Sequence record: SRR31156797_2362
Length of the DNA: 44,816 bases
Strand: one strand, 5' to 3'
The position numbers and the translations under genes were made by a program. The notes beneath the pieces are model-generated. The model was not told the origin of the DNA. It made no database searches and was given only the letters and a program-made list of their open reading frames with translations. This document shows, one piece after another, positions 1 to 9,430 of this stretch. How positions within the stretch are numbered: position 1 is the stretch's first letter; the number at the start of each line of letters is the position of its first letter.

Positions 1-150
1 TCCCAAAAACTTTTATTAGGGCTTCGCCGCGTAGCTTGGATAAATTTCTTGCAAATAACAAATCCCGGCAGACCTGTAGGCCCGCCGGGATTCTATAATA
101 TCTATCGTCGACAGGACGACTGTCTTGCAAATCTTGTCAAAACAGCGGGC

Positions 151-1335
151 CTAGTCCTTCTTGATTTCCTCGTCAGTGAGGTAACAAGCCGGGTCCTGAG
201 CCCAGATGTCGTCGTAGTATGCTTCGGCGCGGGCACGGAAGTTACCGCCGCAGATGTTCAGGTAACGGCACTCGGCACAACGGCCGCCTACGTGCTGTTT
301 TTTGTCTTTGAGCTTGTGCAGCAGTTCGATATTTTCGTCCATCCAGATTTCGGAAAAAGGACGTTCCAGAACGTTGCCGAAGGTGTGGTTGCGCCAGAAC
401 TGGTCAGCGTGAACCTGACCGTCCCAAGAGATGCAACCGATGCCGCGACCGGAGTTGTTGCCTTCGTTGAACTGAAGAAGTTCGAGCACTTCCTTGGCGC
501 GTTCGGGATCTTCTTTCAGCAGACGCTGGTAAACGTAAACACCATCAGCGTGGTTATCAACGGTGAGGATTTCCTTGGGCATGCCTGCATCGTAGAGAGC
601 TTTGGTCTCGTCCATGATCAGGTCAAGCAACTGGCGGGTTTCAGCGTGGCTCAGATCTTCTTTGATGAGTTCGGAACCACGGCCGGAGTATACCAGATGG
701 TAGAAACATGCTCTGGGAACTTCAAGATCACGCAGAACTTTGAAGATAGAAGGAACTTCAGTCCAGTTGCGTTTGTTGATGGTGAAACGCAGACCGACTT
801 TCAGACCTTCAGCCTTACAGTTCTCAACGCCTTGGAGGGCTTTTTTGTAAGAACCGGGAACGCCGCGGAATTTGTCGTGGGTTTCTTCGGTACCGTCGAG
901 GGAGATACCTACATAAGAGAGACCGACGTCTTTCAGTTCACGGGCTTTTTCTTTGGTGATCAGGGTTCCGTTGGTGGAGATAACTGCACGCATGCCCTTG
1001 CCAGTGGCGTAGCTTGCCAGCTCAACGAGGTCTTTACGTACAAGCGGCTCTCCGCCGGAGAAAAGCATTACCGGGGCGCCGAATGCTGCGAGATCGTCGA
1101 TGATCTCTTTTGCTTTTGAGGTGGAAATTTCGTCTTGTCCGTCAGGATCAACGGCCTGTGCGTAACAGTGAACACACTTAAGGTTGCAGCGTCTGGTCAT
1201 GTTCCAGACTACTACGGGCTTTTTGTCTTTGGAAAACTGCAGAAGGTGAGAAGGCAGTTTGCCAGAATCACGACCGTAGCGCAGGGCATCGGAAGATTCT
1301 ACTGCACCACAGTAAAGTTTAGAAATACCAATCAT
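151..1335 (-). CDS. ahbC: 12,18-didecarboxysiroheme deacetylase (Fe-coproporphyrin III synthase), radical SAM/SPASM enzyme of the alternative heme pathway
   Basis: N-terminus MIGISKLYCG...DALRYGR...KKPVVVWN, CxxxCxxC (CNLKCVHC), SPASM cysteines (CAECRYLNICGGN...DPAC); SD GGGAGG upstream. Confidence 0.92.
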   Translation of the reverse strand: MIGISKLYCGAVESSDALRYGRDSGKLPSHLLQFSKDKKPVVVWNMTRRCNLKCVHCYAQAVDPDGQDEISTSKAKEIIDDLAAFGAPVMLFSGGEPLVRKDLVELASYATGKGMRAVISTNGTLITKEKARELKDVGLSYVGISLDGTEETHDKFRGVPGSYKKALQGVENCKAEGLKVGLRFTINKRNWTEVPSIFKVLRDLEVPRACFYHLVYSGRGSELIKEDLSHAETRQLLDLIMDETKALYDAGMPKEILTVDNHADGVYVYQRLLKEDPERAKEVLELLQFNEGNNSGRGIGCISWDGQVHADQFWRNHTFGNVLERPFSEIWMDENIELLHKLKDKKQHVGGRCAECRYLNICGGNFRARAEAYYDDIWAQDPACYLTDEEIKKD

Positions 1336-1407
1336 TTATAAATTCCTCCCTAGCTGCTGAGATGGCGCCAGGCTATCAGTTTTAACGATGTTTCCCCGTG
1401 GTCTGTA

Positions 1408-1423
1408 AGTAATAATAATTACT
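1408..1423. promoter_or_regulatory. palindromic operator-like site AGTAAT-AATA-ATTACT upstream of ahbC
   Basis: perfect 6-4-6 inverted repeat about 75 bp upstream of the ahbC start; regulator unknown. Confidence 0.35.
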
Positions 1424-1605
1424 GCTTATGATCCGTCAACCGGGAAAATCAATCGGTTATGCATAATGAGAGAGCGAGTTTTGGAGTAACATAAATGTAG
1501 GCGGGGGAAAAGGGCAAAATATGAGCTTGTATAGTACGAGTTAAGGCTTTGAAAAATATGAACAAATAATTGAAGTCTATTCTCAGTTGGTTGTGTCGCG
1601 CAATG

Positions 1606-1650
1606 AAATACCTCCCCGCTCGGTGTGTTATTGGGGCGGGGAGGTGTTTT
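1606..1650. terminator. rho-independent terminator downstream of the OmpA-family gene
   Basis: GC-rich stem ACCTCCCCGC...GCGGGGAGGT with A/T flanks. Confidence 0.6.
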
Positions 1651-1678
1651 TGATGATCTGTCGTTTATCTATAAGGTC

Positions 1679-2833
1679 TTAAGGCGCAATGGAAACTTGC
1701 ACTCGTCTGTTAAGCAGTTTGTTGTATTTTGTGGTGTTGGGAACCAGCGGATTGGATTCTCCGAAACCTGTTGTGCCGATACGTTGCGGGGCGATAGGAA
1801 AGTTGTCGGTTAGGTATTTTTTGACTGCTTCAGCTCGTTCCTTACTCAACTTGATGTTGTATTCCGGGGAGGCGTCTGAATCCGTATGTCCGCCGATCAC
1901 TACTCGTTTTCCTTGGAGTCTGTCACTGATCAGGGCCTTACCAAGTTCATTCAGCAGTGGATATGATTCCGGTTTGATCTGGGAAGAATCCACATCAAAT
2001 TGTACTGCAAGATTGATGGAGCGTGGTTTGGCTTTTGTTTTTATTTGAGCAGGGGCTTGAACAGGAGTAGTTGTTGCTTTTGAAGCTACAGGTTTTGCAG
2101 CTGTCTGTTTTGGTTGCGCAGATATTCCCTGCTGCATTGTCTGCCCGCTCTGTGAAGGAGCCTGCATTTGCACCATGTTGGGCGTCAGGGCCGCAATCAT
2201 GCCTTGGTTGGTGTTTTCATAGCGCGCCCATGATGTCAACGGTACGGCCATATCCGTGGCAATGGCCTGAACTATTTTATAGAAAGCAGAGTCCGGCATG
2301 CGGTGCTCACGTTTTACGAAGATGAAGTCGTCGTCCATCTTTTTTTCAATGCGTCCACTCTGTTCAAAGGAGCAGACCATTTGACCTCGTTTAGTTTCGT
2401 AAATCTTTACCTGAACGGAAACTGCAGAGTCGTCCATGGTATGTCCCAGATAGAGGTAGGGGACAAATCCTACTACAAGCAGGTCATAGCCGCGTGAGCG
2501 GGCAGTGAAGAGTGCTTCATTCAGTCCCCGGTAGGTCAGGTTGTCATCGTAAACCATGGATGGAAATACTTGCAGGCTGGTCCAGTTCTGCCAGATGCCT
2601 TTGGCTACCCGTTGTCCCCAGTCACTTCCTTTGTACATGGTCTGGGTCACGTGGAAGGGATAGAAAAGAGCGGAAAGCGGTCCATAGTGCGGTTTCTCAG
2701 GCCTTGAGTAGACCATCAACTGCGACAGTGACACCTCGGCATCCTGATAATAGACGGATTGGGTGGCGATCTGCGGTTCAAAATGGGTGCAGGCGGATAA
2801 GGCCAGCAGAAGAATCAGCAAATATTTTTTCAT
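1679..2833 (-). CDS. OmpA-family lipoprotein (N-terminal DUF4823/TolB_N-like domain, Q/P/A-rich linker, C-terminal OmpA_C peptidoglycan-binding domain)
   Basis: signal MKKYLLILLLALSA-C (lipobox); C-terminal FDVDSS..., GHTDSDAS.EYN..LS.ERA..V, GFGES.P, NRRV motifs; ATG at 2833 preferred to the TTG at 2878. Confidence 0.85.
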   Translation of the reverse strand: MKKYLLILLLALSACTHFEPQIATQSVYYQDAEVSLSQLMVYSRPEKPHYGPLSALFYPFHVTQTMYKGSDWGQRVAKGIWQNWTSLQVFPSMVYDDNLTYRGLNEALFTARSRGYDLLVVGFVPYLYLGHTMDDSAVSVQVKIYETKRGQMVCSFEQSGRIEKKMDDDFIFVKREHRMPDSAFYKIVQAIATDMAVPLTSWARYENTNQGMIAALTPNMVQMQAPSQSGQTMQQGISAQPKQTAAKPVASKATTTPVQAPAQIKTKAKPRSINLAVQFDVDSSQIKPESYPLLNELGKALISDRLQGKRVVIGGHTDSDASPEYNIKLSKERAEAVKKYLTDNFPIAPQRIGTTGFGESNPLVPNTTKYNKLLNRRVQVSIAP

Positions 2834-2898
2834 ATCGGCAACCGGGGTTGGGATTAAGTGTGTCTGAAATTTGACCAAAAAATAGTTGCTAGAATAAA

Positions 2899-2915
2899 AG
2901 CAATATTTATGCCGT
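2899..2915 (-). promoter_or_regulatory. sigma54 (RpoN) -24/-12 promoter for the OmpA lipoprotein gene
   Basis: minus strand ACGGCATAAATATTGCT = GG-N10-GC. Confidence 0.6.
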
Positions 2916-2933
2916 ATGATTCTGAGGAATAAA

Positions 2934-2959
2934 AAAGGTTCTTCTTTCGAAGAACCTTT
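2934..2959 (-). terminator. rho-independent terminator
   Basis: AAAGGTTCTTC-TTTC-GAAGAACCTTT perfect stem with a U-tract on the minus strand, directly after the 2967 stop. Confidence 0.8.
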
Positions 2960-2966
2960 ATAGTTT

Positions 2967-3302
2967 TTATTGCATCAATTTGGTCGGGGATGGTGCTGCT
3001 TGCATGGATTCAAGTATTTGTTCTTTGGATTGAATCATGCTTTCCCGTAGCTCCATTCTACGCTGTACGGAGAGTTTTTTGAACTCCGGTTGGCGGGTTA
3101 GCTCGGTAAGCTGTTCCATTTCGCCTTTGATTCTCTCGACTTTTTGCAGCATCTCGCTTTGTGGCGAACAGACTTGAGAACAGGCGTCAGCAAGCTCAGA
3201 AATTTCCCTGGCCATATTTCTAAAACTCTTGGGATTAATTTCCTTGGCAATGCGAACGCGCTCCTTGGCGTTGGCAACTTTTCCTTTGATCCATCCAAAC
3301 AT
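2967..3302 (-). CDS. hypothetical helical/coiled-coil protein
   Basis: 111-aa ORF, GAGGA SD, 19 nt after the upstream gene and followed by a terminator. Confidence 0.75.
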   Translation of the reverse strand: MFGWIKGKVANAKERVRIAKEINPKSFRNMAREISELADACSQVCSPQSEMLQKVERIKGEMEQLTELTRQPEFKKLSVQRRMELRESMIQSKEQILESMQAAPSPTKLMQ

Positions 3303-3321
3303 AAACTATCCTCGGATACAG

Positions 3322-4371
3322 CTAGATTGTGGGCTGATTGAACTGCATGTAGAAGCCCAGAATGACCAATAGTAACACAATGGGCATTACCATTGAAAGC
3401 ACAACCCGCATGTATGTCGTATTATGGATGTTTTTATAGGCAATAATGGAGATGGCTACGCTGATCAGCGCGCCGATCATATCTCCTACAATGGGAACTA
3501 TGCAGAGGATGATCGGGGCATATGAGTATGTGGTGGCTCTGAATGTGGCTTGATAACCACGGTCTCCGGCTCCGAATATCATGAGCAGAATGTGGGTCAT
3601 ACCAATCAGCGGAAAGCTGATTCCTGCCAGCATGAGCGGGTAAAGGAGCAGGGAGAATAGTGCCGGTCCGGTTCCATCCTGCAGGGAATCTGCGATCATG
3701 GAGTCGTTCATAATTCTACCGACATCAGCGCCCATTGAGGTGTCCACTCCGGTCATAGCCCAGACAAAGTTACAGATCTCTTGAAACTCTGCCAGTATGA
3801 TAAAAAAGAACAGGGGCATCAGGTAGCCTTTGAGCGGCATACCCTTGAAAAAAGTTCCTGGGGAAAGGATCACCTGTTTGATGGTCAGGAAAAGGCCGGG
3901 AAAAAAACCGTATTTTTCCAGATTCTCAAATGGGACCTCATTTTCTGCACTATAGCTTTCAGCTTCATAGCCGTATTCTTCCTCGTGAAGATCCTCTTCA
4001 GGCTTCATGGAGTCAAGGCGTTGCCAGATATCTGATTTTTCTTCCTGAGCCTTTTCTTCGTGGATGGTCTCAGGCTGCTGGTTGAATTGTTCATCATAAG
4101 GACGGGGCTGTTCCTCGCCATATCCTTCGGGATGCTGTTCCTGCGCATGTTGTTGCGCATAGGCTGTTGCATCCTGATAACCGTCTTCTTCAGGGGCAGG
4201 ATAGCTGATATCCTCCGGAGCTAATCCCGGAACCGGGTCGCTTTCCCCCTCAAGGTCTCTGAATTTGAACTTGGCCTGACATTTAGGGCAGGTGGCAAGC
4301 TGGGCAGTCGGCGGAATTTTATCTTCCGGAATTTCACTGTTGAAATCGCACTCGGGACAAGTAACTTTCAT
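3322..4371 (-). CDS. zinc-ribbon (MJ0042-type) plus Yip1-domain membrane protein
   Basis: CPEC...CPKC N-terminus, acidic disordered linker, about 5 hydrophobic helices beginning VILSPGTFF. Confidence 0.8.
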   Translation of the reverse strand: MKVTCPECDFNSEIPEDKIPPTAQLATCPKCQAKFKFRDLEGESDPVPGLAPEDISYPAPEEDGYQDATAYAQQHAQEQHPEGYGEEQPRPYDEQFNQQPETIHEEKAQEEKSDIWQRLDSMKPEEDLHEEEYGYEAESYSAENEVPFENLEKYGFFPGLFLTIKQVILSPGTFFKGMPLKGYLMPLFFFIILAEFQEICNFVWAMTGVDTSMGADVGRIMNDSMIADSLQDGTGPALFSLLLYPLMLAGISFPLIGMTHILLMIFGAGDRGYQATFRATTYSYAPIILCIVPIVGDMIGALISVAISIIAYKNIHNTTYMRVVLSMVMPIVLLLVILGFYMQFNQPTI

Positions 4372-4458
4372 ATTAAATCCTTGAAGCTGTTTGTCTGAAT
4401 ATTTCGGTCAGACCTAATAAATTTTATAATGTTAGGCAATGCCAATTGTGCATGAACA

Positions 4459-5643
4459 TTATGACATACTAATGTCCGGAAGCAGCAGTGGCCCGACTTT
4501 CCAGTCTTTTCGGGGGCTAAGCAATTCCTTTGCAACATGCGGAAAATCGTTGCCCAGCCTATGGCTGAAATGCTCCCCGGTAGAACGGTTGAAGTTTTCC
4601 AGTTTGGATTCAATCTTGTCCCTGCTTTTTAAAAGATGGGTCAAATGTTGAATCGGGTTGTCTGGTAGGACTCCAGATGTTCCTTGTAATCCGGTTAATT
4701 GTTCGTGAATTTTATTTACGAACCGAAGGTTCCTGTTGTTTTTAAAAAATCTGAGCTGCAGGTCCGGCCATAGTCCGTAGCCCATGCGGCAGTTATTATG
4801 ATCCGGATAATAGGTCATTCGGGGCAGATACCACCCGTCACAATCCCCGCAGGATGTCATCAATTTAATTTCATCCCAGCTGTCAGCACTCAACCTTTCA
4901 TCAGCATCAAGATAAATTATCCATTGCCCGGAACAGTTTTCCAGCATGCGGTTGCGTTGTGCTGAAAAATCAGCATCAAGGGGGTGCCGGATATCGATAA
5001 TCTGGGCTCGATGAAATTCTTGAAGTTCCGGGATAGGATCTGATTCTGCGCAATCCCATACCAGTACAATTTCATCAATCCAGTCCGGGAAGTTGTTGAT
5101 GAAATCTTTGAGCTCAGGTTCATCCGGGCTGAGGATTGCGGCCGCAGAAATCCTGCACGGTAAAGATTGTTCTGGCGGCTTAATTGATTTGCAGCCTGAA
5201 AAAAGTTTTTGCAGGTTTTGGTGCTTATTTTTGCTTTTACCGTCCAGCCCCGGATTGAGGATCAGGTGCGATTTTGCGGCAGAGTATCCGTTTTGGATAA
5301 GCAGTAAGAGTATTGCCCAGATTGATGAGTCCGTCAGCAGGGTGCAGTTATCCTGAATTTGATTTAGACCGTTGTGTTTCAATTTTCGAATGTGTTCCGG
5401 GTACAGGTCACATATTAAAATTTCTAAGTCCGTCGGTTTGTTTTCAGCTAAAGCTGTATACAACAGACCGTCCCCTGCCCCGAAAAGAATGATGGTTTCG
5501 GCATTGCGTTGTGTGGCGAAGCGTAGATGTTTCTTTGCCGTTTCCTCTGGCGTGGCCGGAAGGTCTTTCAGCTCTTCCTGTTCCTGCCCTGAAAGCTGGT
5601 AGGTCAAAATTTGTTCCGAATATAAATCGAAGATATGAGTCAT
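4459..5643 (-). CDS. glycosyltransferase family 2 with an N-terminal Rossmann-like domain; candidate flagellin glycosylation enzyme
   Basis: DFSAQRN, WIIYLDADE, PDLQLRFF, IHEQL GT2 motifs; N-terminal IILFGAGDG. Confidence 0.8.
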   Translation of the reverse strand: MTHIFDLYSEQILTYQLSGQEQEELKDLPATPEETAKKHLRFATQRNAETIILFGAGDGLLYTALAENKPTDLEILICDLYPEHIRKLKHNGLNQIQDNCTLLTDSSIWAILLLLIQNGYSAAKSHLILNPGLDGKSKNKHQNLQKLFSGCKSIKPPEQSLPCRISAAAILSPDEPELKDFINNFPDWIDEIVLVWDCAESDPIPELQEFHRAQIIDIRHPLDADFSAQRNRMLENCSGQWIIYLDADERLSADSWDEIKLMTSCGDCDGWYLPRMTYYPDHNNCRMGYGLWPDLQLRFFKNNRNLRFVNKIHEQLTGLQGTSGVLPDNPIQHLTHLLKSRDKIESKLENFNRSTGEHFSHRLGNDFPHVAKELLSPRKDWKVGPLLLPDISMS

Positions 5644-5646
5644 AAC

Positions 5647-6756
5647 TTAGTTTGCTTTTTTCATTTTGAGCAGGTTCAGGTATATATTGCCCAGCTTGGT
5701 GGCAATGTCTTGTGATCGGAAAAGTTTTGCAGCTTTGCTTCGTCCGTTTTCACCCATTTGTCGAGCTTCCTGCGGATGGGTTAGCAGAAAGCGTACGGCT
5801 TGTGCAAATTCTTGTGTGTTGCGGGCCACAAATCCGGTTTCGCCATGGTCGACAAGCTCTAATTGTGCGTTATCGCGCATTTCTTTGCTGGGATGTGTTA
5901 TGACTGGGAGTCCGGCTGCCATAGCCTCAGCAATTACCAGACCGAATGATTCTCCGGTATCATTTGCGTGGACCAGAAAGCTGATGGAATTAAGAAAGTT
6001 AGCAATTTCGCAATCAGTCAATACCGGAGGCAGGAAGTTGACGAAATTTTTTAGATTATGATTTGTAACAAATTTTTCAGCTTCCGGGATTCCCCCAATG
6101 ATTCGGTATTGGAATGGAGCTAATTGCTGTTTTTTTACCTGTTCTTTTAATATGGGCAGAAAATCCAGAGCAAAGGATGACCATTTGCCTTTGTCCGCAC
6201 GGGAAATTCTCCCGAAGGAATTTTCAGGTATTTTTCGGTCATGCGGACAGTTTTTAAGAAAAAGGTCGGTGTCTACCGGATTGTAAAGAACGGAGTACTT
6301 CGGTTTTACTGTAGGTATGGAATTTACCGTCTCATATCGCTTTGCACAGAACTGGGAGACGAAAAGGTGGCGGTCGATTAGTTGTCCTTCGGGGCTGGGG
6401 TCATGATGTCCGAACACATTTGTTTCAACCAGTACGGGGGTTTTCGCTAGTTTGAAAGGGCGCAGGGACCCTGGTTCGGTCCAGCCTGCACGATGAATAT
6501 GGACTATGTGGGGTTGGAATTTATCGAGTACGGAAAGCAGATCCGTTCCTATGAAGGTTTCTATTCCTTGTTTACGGATAAGTTTGCCACGGGGGCCGTT
6601 GGAGGGGGAATAGACCGCAGTGTGAAAAGTTTTTCTGTCCAGATTGACAGCAAAGGATTGCATGACTTTCTCAGTGCCTCCCAATCCAAGTGAGGGGGAG
6701 ACCTGAAGTACCCTGATTCTGTTTTCTTCCATGATTGAAATAGATGACAGATACAT
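5647..6756 (-). CDS. glycosyltransferase family 4 (GT-B)
   Basis: LGLGGTEK, YNPVD, ESFGLVIAEAMAAGLPVI motifs; start could be 6732. Confidence 0.88.
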   Translation of the reverse strand: MYLSSISIMEENRIRVLQVSPSLGLGGTEKVMQSFAVNLDRKTFHTAVYSPSNGPRGKLIRKQGIETFIGTDLLSVLDKFQPHIVHIHRAGWTEPGSLRPFKLAKTPVLVETNVFGHHDPSPEGQLIDRHLFVSQFCAKRYETVNSIPTVKPKYSVLYNPVDTDLFLKNCPHDRKIPENSFGRISRADKGKWSSFALDFLPILKEQVKKQQLAPFQYRIIGGIPEAEKFVTNHNLKNFVNFLPPVLTDCEIANFLNSISFLVHANDTGESFGLVIAEAMAAGLPVITHPSKEMRDNAQLELVDHGETGFVARNTQEFAQAVRFLLTHPQEARQMGENGRSKAAKLFRSQDIATKLGNIYLNLLKMKKAN

Positions 6757-6801
6757 GATGCTAAGTAAAGGGGGATGCTCTCCTATCTTGCTTTAATTCA
6801 T

Positions 6802-6829
6802 AAAAAAGCCCCTGCCGAAGCAGGGGCTT
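6802..6829 (-). terminator. terminator after fliS
   Basis: AAGCCCCTGC-CGAA-GCAGGGGCTT stem plus A-run (U-tract on the minus strand). Confidence 0.8.
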
Positions 6830-6868
6830 GTCTTATCAAATTAGCCGGAGCAAATTTTGTTTAATCCG

Positions 6869-7411
6869 CTATGCTCCGCCTCCGTATGCGTTTGCTGCTT
6901 TTTTCAGGCGCAAGGCGTTGGGGGCAGGAATATTCTGGGTTTTGGGCATTCCGTAGCCAGCGTCATTCACGAAGCTGCGGTTCACATTGGTTGTGCCACT
7001 GTTTGCTGTCCCAGCTGTCTGCAGGGGGACTGCAGCCTGTGCTTCTTCTGTGGGGATAATTTCCCGGTATGCGGAAGCAATGCCGTCGATAATCCTGATT
7101 ACTTCATCAAGTTTTTCCGTATCCATCTTCAAGTTTGCCTGTAGCAGTCTGGTATTGCAATAGATATAGAGCTTGCTGAGGTTCTCTGCCAGTTCTCCGC
7201 CTTTTTCCTTGTTAAGGCTGGCGGTAAGTTCAGAGATTACTTCAATGGCCTTGGAAATAAGAATTCCTTTGGCTGCATAATCTTTCTCGTTGATCTTCAC
7301 TTTGGCCTGCTTCATGAACTTGATTGCAGCATCATAAAGCATAAGGAGAAGTTCTCCCTTGGAAGTGGTATGGACCTGAGTTGAAAGGTATGCTTGAGCG
7401 GCTTTGTGCAT
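6869..7411 (-). CDS. fliS: flagellar export chaperone FliS with C-terminal extension
   Basis: AY..TQV.T.S..ELLLMLYDAAI, ELTASLN..KGGELAENL..LY.Y motifs; follows fliD. Confidence 0.93.
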   Translation of the reverse strand: MHKAAQAYLSTQVHTTSKGELLLMLYDAAIKFMKQAKVKINEKDYAAKGILISKAIEVISELTASLNKEKGGELAENLSKLYIYCNTRLLQANLKMDTEKLDEVIRIIDGIASAYREIIPTEEAQAAVPLQTAGTANSGTTNVNRSFVNDAGYGMPKTQNIPAPNALRLKKAANAYGGGA

Positions 7412-7433
7412 ATATTTGCTCCTCCTGACTTAC

Positions 7434-7461
7434 TGATCGGCAGGCTTTTCTGAAAACCTTA
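7434..7461 (-). promoter_or_regulatory. putative sigma28 (FliA) promoter for fliS
   Basis: minus strand TAAGGTTT-N12-GCCGATCA versus consensus TAAAGTTT-N11-GCCGATAA. Confidence 0.55.
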
Positions 7462-7490
7462 GGCTTTTTTTAAATTTTTTTTAATTCAAG

Positions 7491-9224
7491 CTAGCTCTTC
7501 ATTAACTGGGTTACGCTGGCAGTCAGCTGAGCTGATTTCCCCTGGTAGTTACCAAGCAAGGCATCAAGTCTGGAGTATTTTTGTACCAGCATCCTTTTTT
7601 TCAGTTCAATACGGTCTTCTTCAGATTCGATTTTTTTATCGATGTTCTTCATGATGGTGTCGTAGTTGTCTTGAAGAATTTCAAGAGGACCACTTTCCCC
7701 GGTCATGTCGTCAAGAGCTTCAACCATTTCCCCGGTTTTACCGAGTTTCAGATGGATATTGATAGCATCTGAAGCATCACTGTCGGAGTTGCCGTAAACT
7801 CCGTCAGCTCGGTTTTCTACACGGAGCGCCATACCTGCAGCATCAGTGCCTCCGGCACCGGTAATTTGCCAGTTAACGGCGTCGAATAAGGCGGTTTCGC
7901 CGTTAATTGATGCAGAAATTATCTGTCCGCCAGATACTTCGTATTGTACGTTGTAGTCGCCGGCCTTGGTGGTTCCATTAATATGCGAGACATACTGAAC
8001 ATTAGGTGAATCACTGACGCCTTCATAGTTAGCGGCAAAAAGCATCGCCACTGACATGGGGTCGGCATCCAGAGCTTTGTTTAGCTCGTCAGTATCCAGT
8101 TCCAACAGCCCCATGTTGGCGCCGCCGCTATCTGCGTTGGTCATTATTCCGAGCTGGGAAAGGGCGGAATAGCGGTCTCCGGTAAAGTCTCCGTTGGGGA
8201 GTTCTTCATACCAGCTGAAGCCGACACCTTTACTGGCAATAATATCCTTCATTCGCTGGCCGACAAGTAATTCAACCCCGTAGTTACCAGTAAGGATCGA
8301 TCCTTTTGCCGAATCCGACGAGGTTGTTACTGAGGTCAGGTCTTTGATCATTTGCCGGATTTCGTTGTTTTGATCGACAAATTTCTGGACATTTTCCTTC
8401 ATGCCCTCTTTATCGGTAACAACACCTATAGCGGTGGTTTGTCCAGCTGCGTTGGTGTTTTTAAGGTTAAGGGTTATCCCGTCGATAACGTCACTGATGG
8501 TGTTGGTGTCTCGTTCTATCCAGTCCCCTGGGGCGGGCGGGTAGCCGTCTACCTTAATCTGAGAGTTCTGGGCATTCTGAGTTTCGTCAAAGTCGTTCTT
8601 ACTGAAGACCATGCCCACGGTGTTGTCGATGGTCACCTGATTGTCTGACCCGAGGTCAAGTCCATAGATTTGCAGATGGTAACTGGTTCCGTCGTTAATG
8701 GTCGTTGCTCTGATTTTTTCTCGAGAGTCGACATGGGAGTTGATAAGGTTGACGAAACCCTGAAGAGATGTCCCGGCACTGATGTTGCTCAGGGTAATGG
8801 TGTCGGTGCCATAGGTAAAAGTGAATTCACCGGTGGAGCTGAAAATTGATTCTGTCAGGGTTGAAACACCTGAATCAGTTACATGGATATCGTTGGTGGC
8901 AAGCTGGCCGATTTCAATTGCATGGGAAGAAACCAGAGCTTCTGCTGAAGCTGTAGCGGTAAGAGTTCCTGAATCGGATGTGGTTACGGTCTTGCTCATG
9001 AATTCATCAAGTGTATCCATGGACTTGAGCGTAGTCTGCAGGCCGAGGAGAGCGGTGTTCAGTTCCTGAAATTTTTCAACTTTATCGCTCCAGGTGCTTT
9101 TCCAGCTTTCGAGCCTATTGATATGGACCCGCTCAAGCTTGATCAGCCCGTCGATAAGAGACTGGAAGTCGGTCCCGGACCCGAGTCCGGTAAAGTTAAT
9201 ATTTCCTGAGGTGTAATCTGACAT
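7491..9224 (-). CDS. fliD: flagellar filament cap protein FliD
   Basis: GLGSGTDF..LI..L N-terminus, AQNSQIKVDG, NTISDVIDGITLNL, LSQLGI, C-terminal KYSRLD..L. Confidence 0.93.
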   Translation of the reverse strand: MSDYTSGNINFTGLGSGTDFQSLIDGLIKLERVHINRLESWKSTWSDKVEKFQELNTALLGLQTTLKSMDTLDEFMSKTVTTSDSGTLTATASAEALVSSHAIEIGQLATNDIHVTDSGVSTLTESIFSSTGEFTFTYGTDTITLSNISAGTSLQGFVNLINSHVDSREKIRATTINDGTSYHLQIYGLDLGSDNQVTIDNTVGMVFSKNDFDETQNAQNSQIKVDGYPPAPGDWIERDTNTISDVIDGITLNLKNTNAAGQTTAIGVVTDKEGMKENVQKFVDQNNEIRQMIKDLTSVTTSSDSAKGSILTGNYGVELLVGQRMKDIIASKGVGFSWYEELPNGDFTGDRYSALSQLGIMTNADSGGANMGLLELDTDELNKALDADPMSVAMLFAANYEGVSDSPNVQYVSHINGTTKAGDYNVQYEVSGGQIISASINGETALFDAVNWQITGAGGTDAAGMALRVENRADGVYGNSDSDASDAINIHLKLGKTGEMVEALDDMTGESGPLEILQDNYDTIMKNIDKKIESEEDRIELKKRMLVQKYSRLDALLGNYQGKSAQLTASVTQLMKS

Positions 9225-9273
9225 AATATTCTCCGGGAATTTTTTTCCCTGGTTCTATTCTCACCTCATCCGA

Positions 9274-9290
9274 TGCAATCAGGATGCCAA
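9274..9290 (-). promoter_or_regulatory. sigma54 promoter for fliD
   Basis: minus strand TTGGCATCCTGATTGCA, near-consensus TGGCA-N6-TTGCA, 50 bp before the fliD start. Confidence 0.75.
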
Positions 9291-9350
9291 ACGTTAATGA
9301 TTGATTAAGTAATGTTAATGATTCTGAAGTAGTTAGCCTTAGTTAAGCTG

Positions 9351-9383
9351 AAAGCCGGGGCCGGTTGGACCGGACCCGGCTTT
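9351..9383 (-). terminator. terminator after flagellin
   Basis: AAAGCCGGG-G-CCGG...CCGG-A-CCCGGCTTT hairpin. Confidence 0.7.
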
Positions 9384-9430
9384 CCTCTTTAGTCTGACTT
9401 GGTCAGAATGTTCTATGCTGCGCCGGTTTA

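Noticed and set aside
49-1119. 356-aa plus-strand ORF
   Set aside because: Antisense shadow of ahbC with no motifs; explained by codon bias of the real gene
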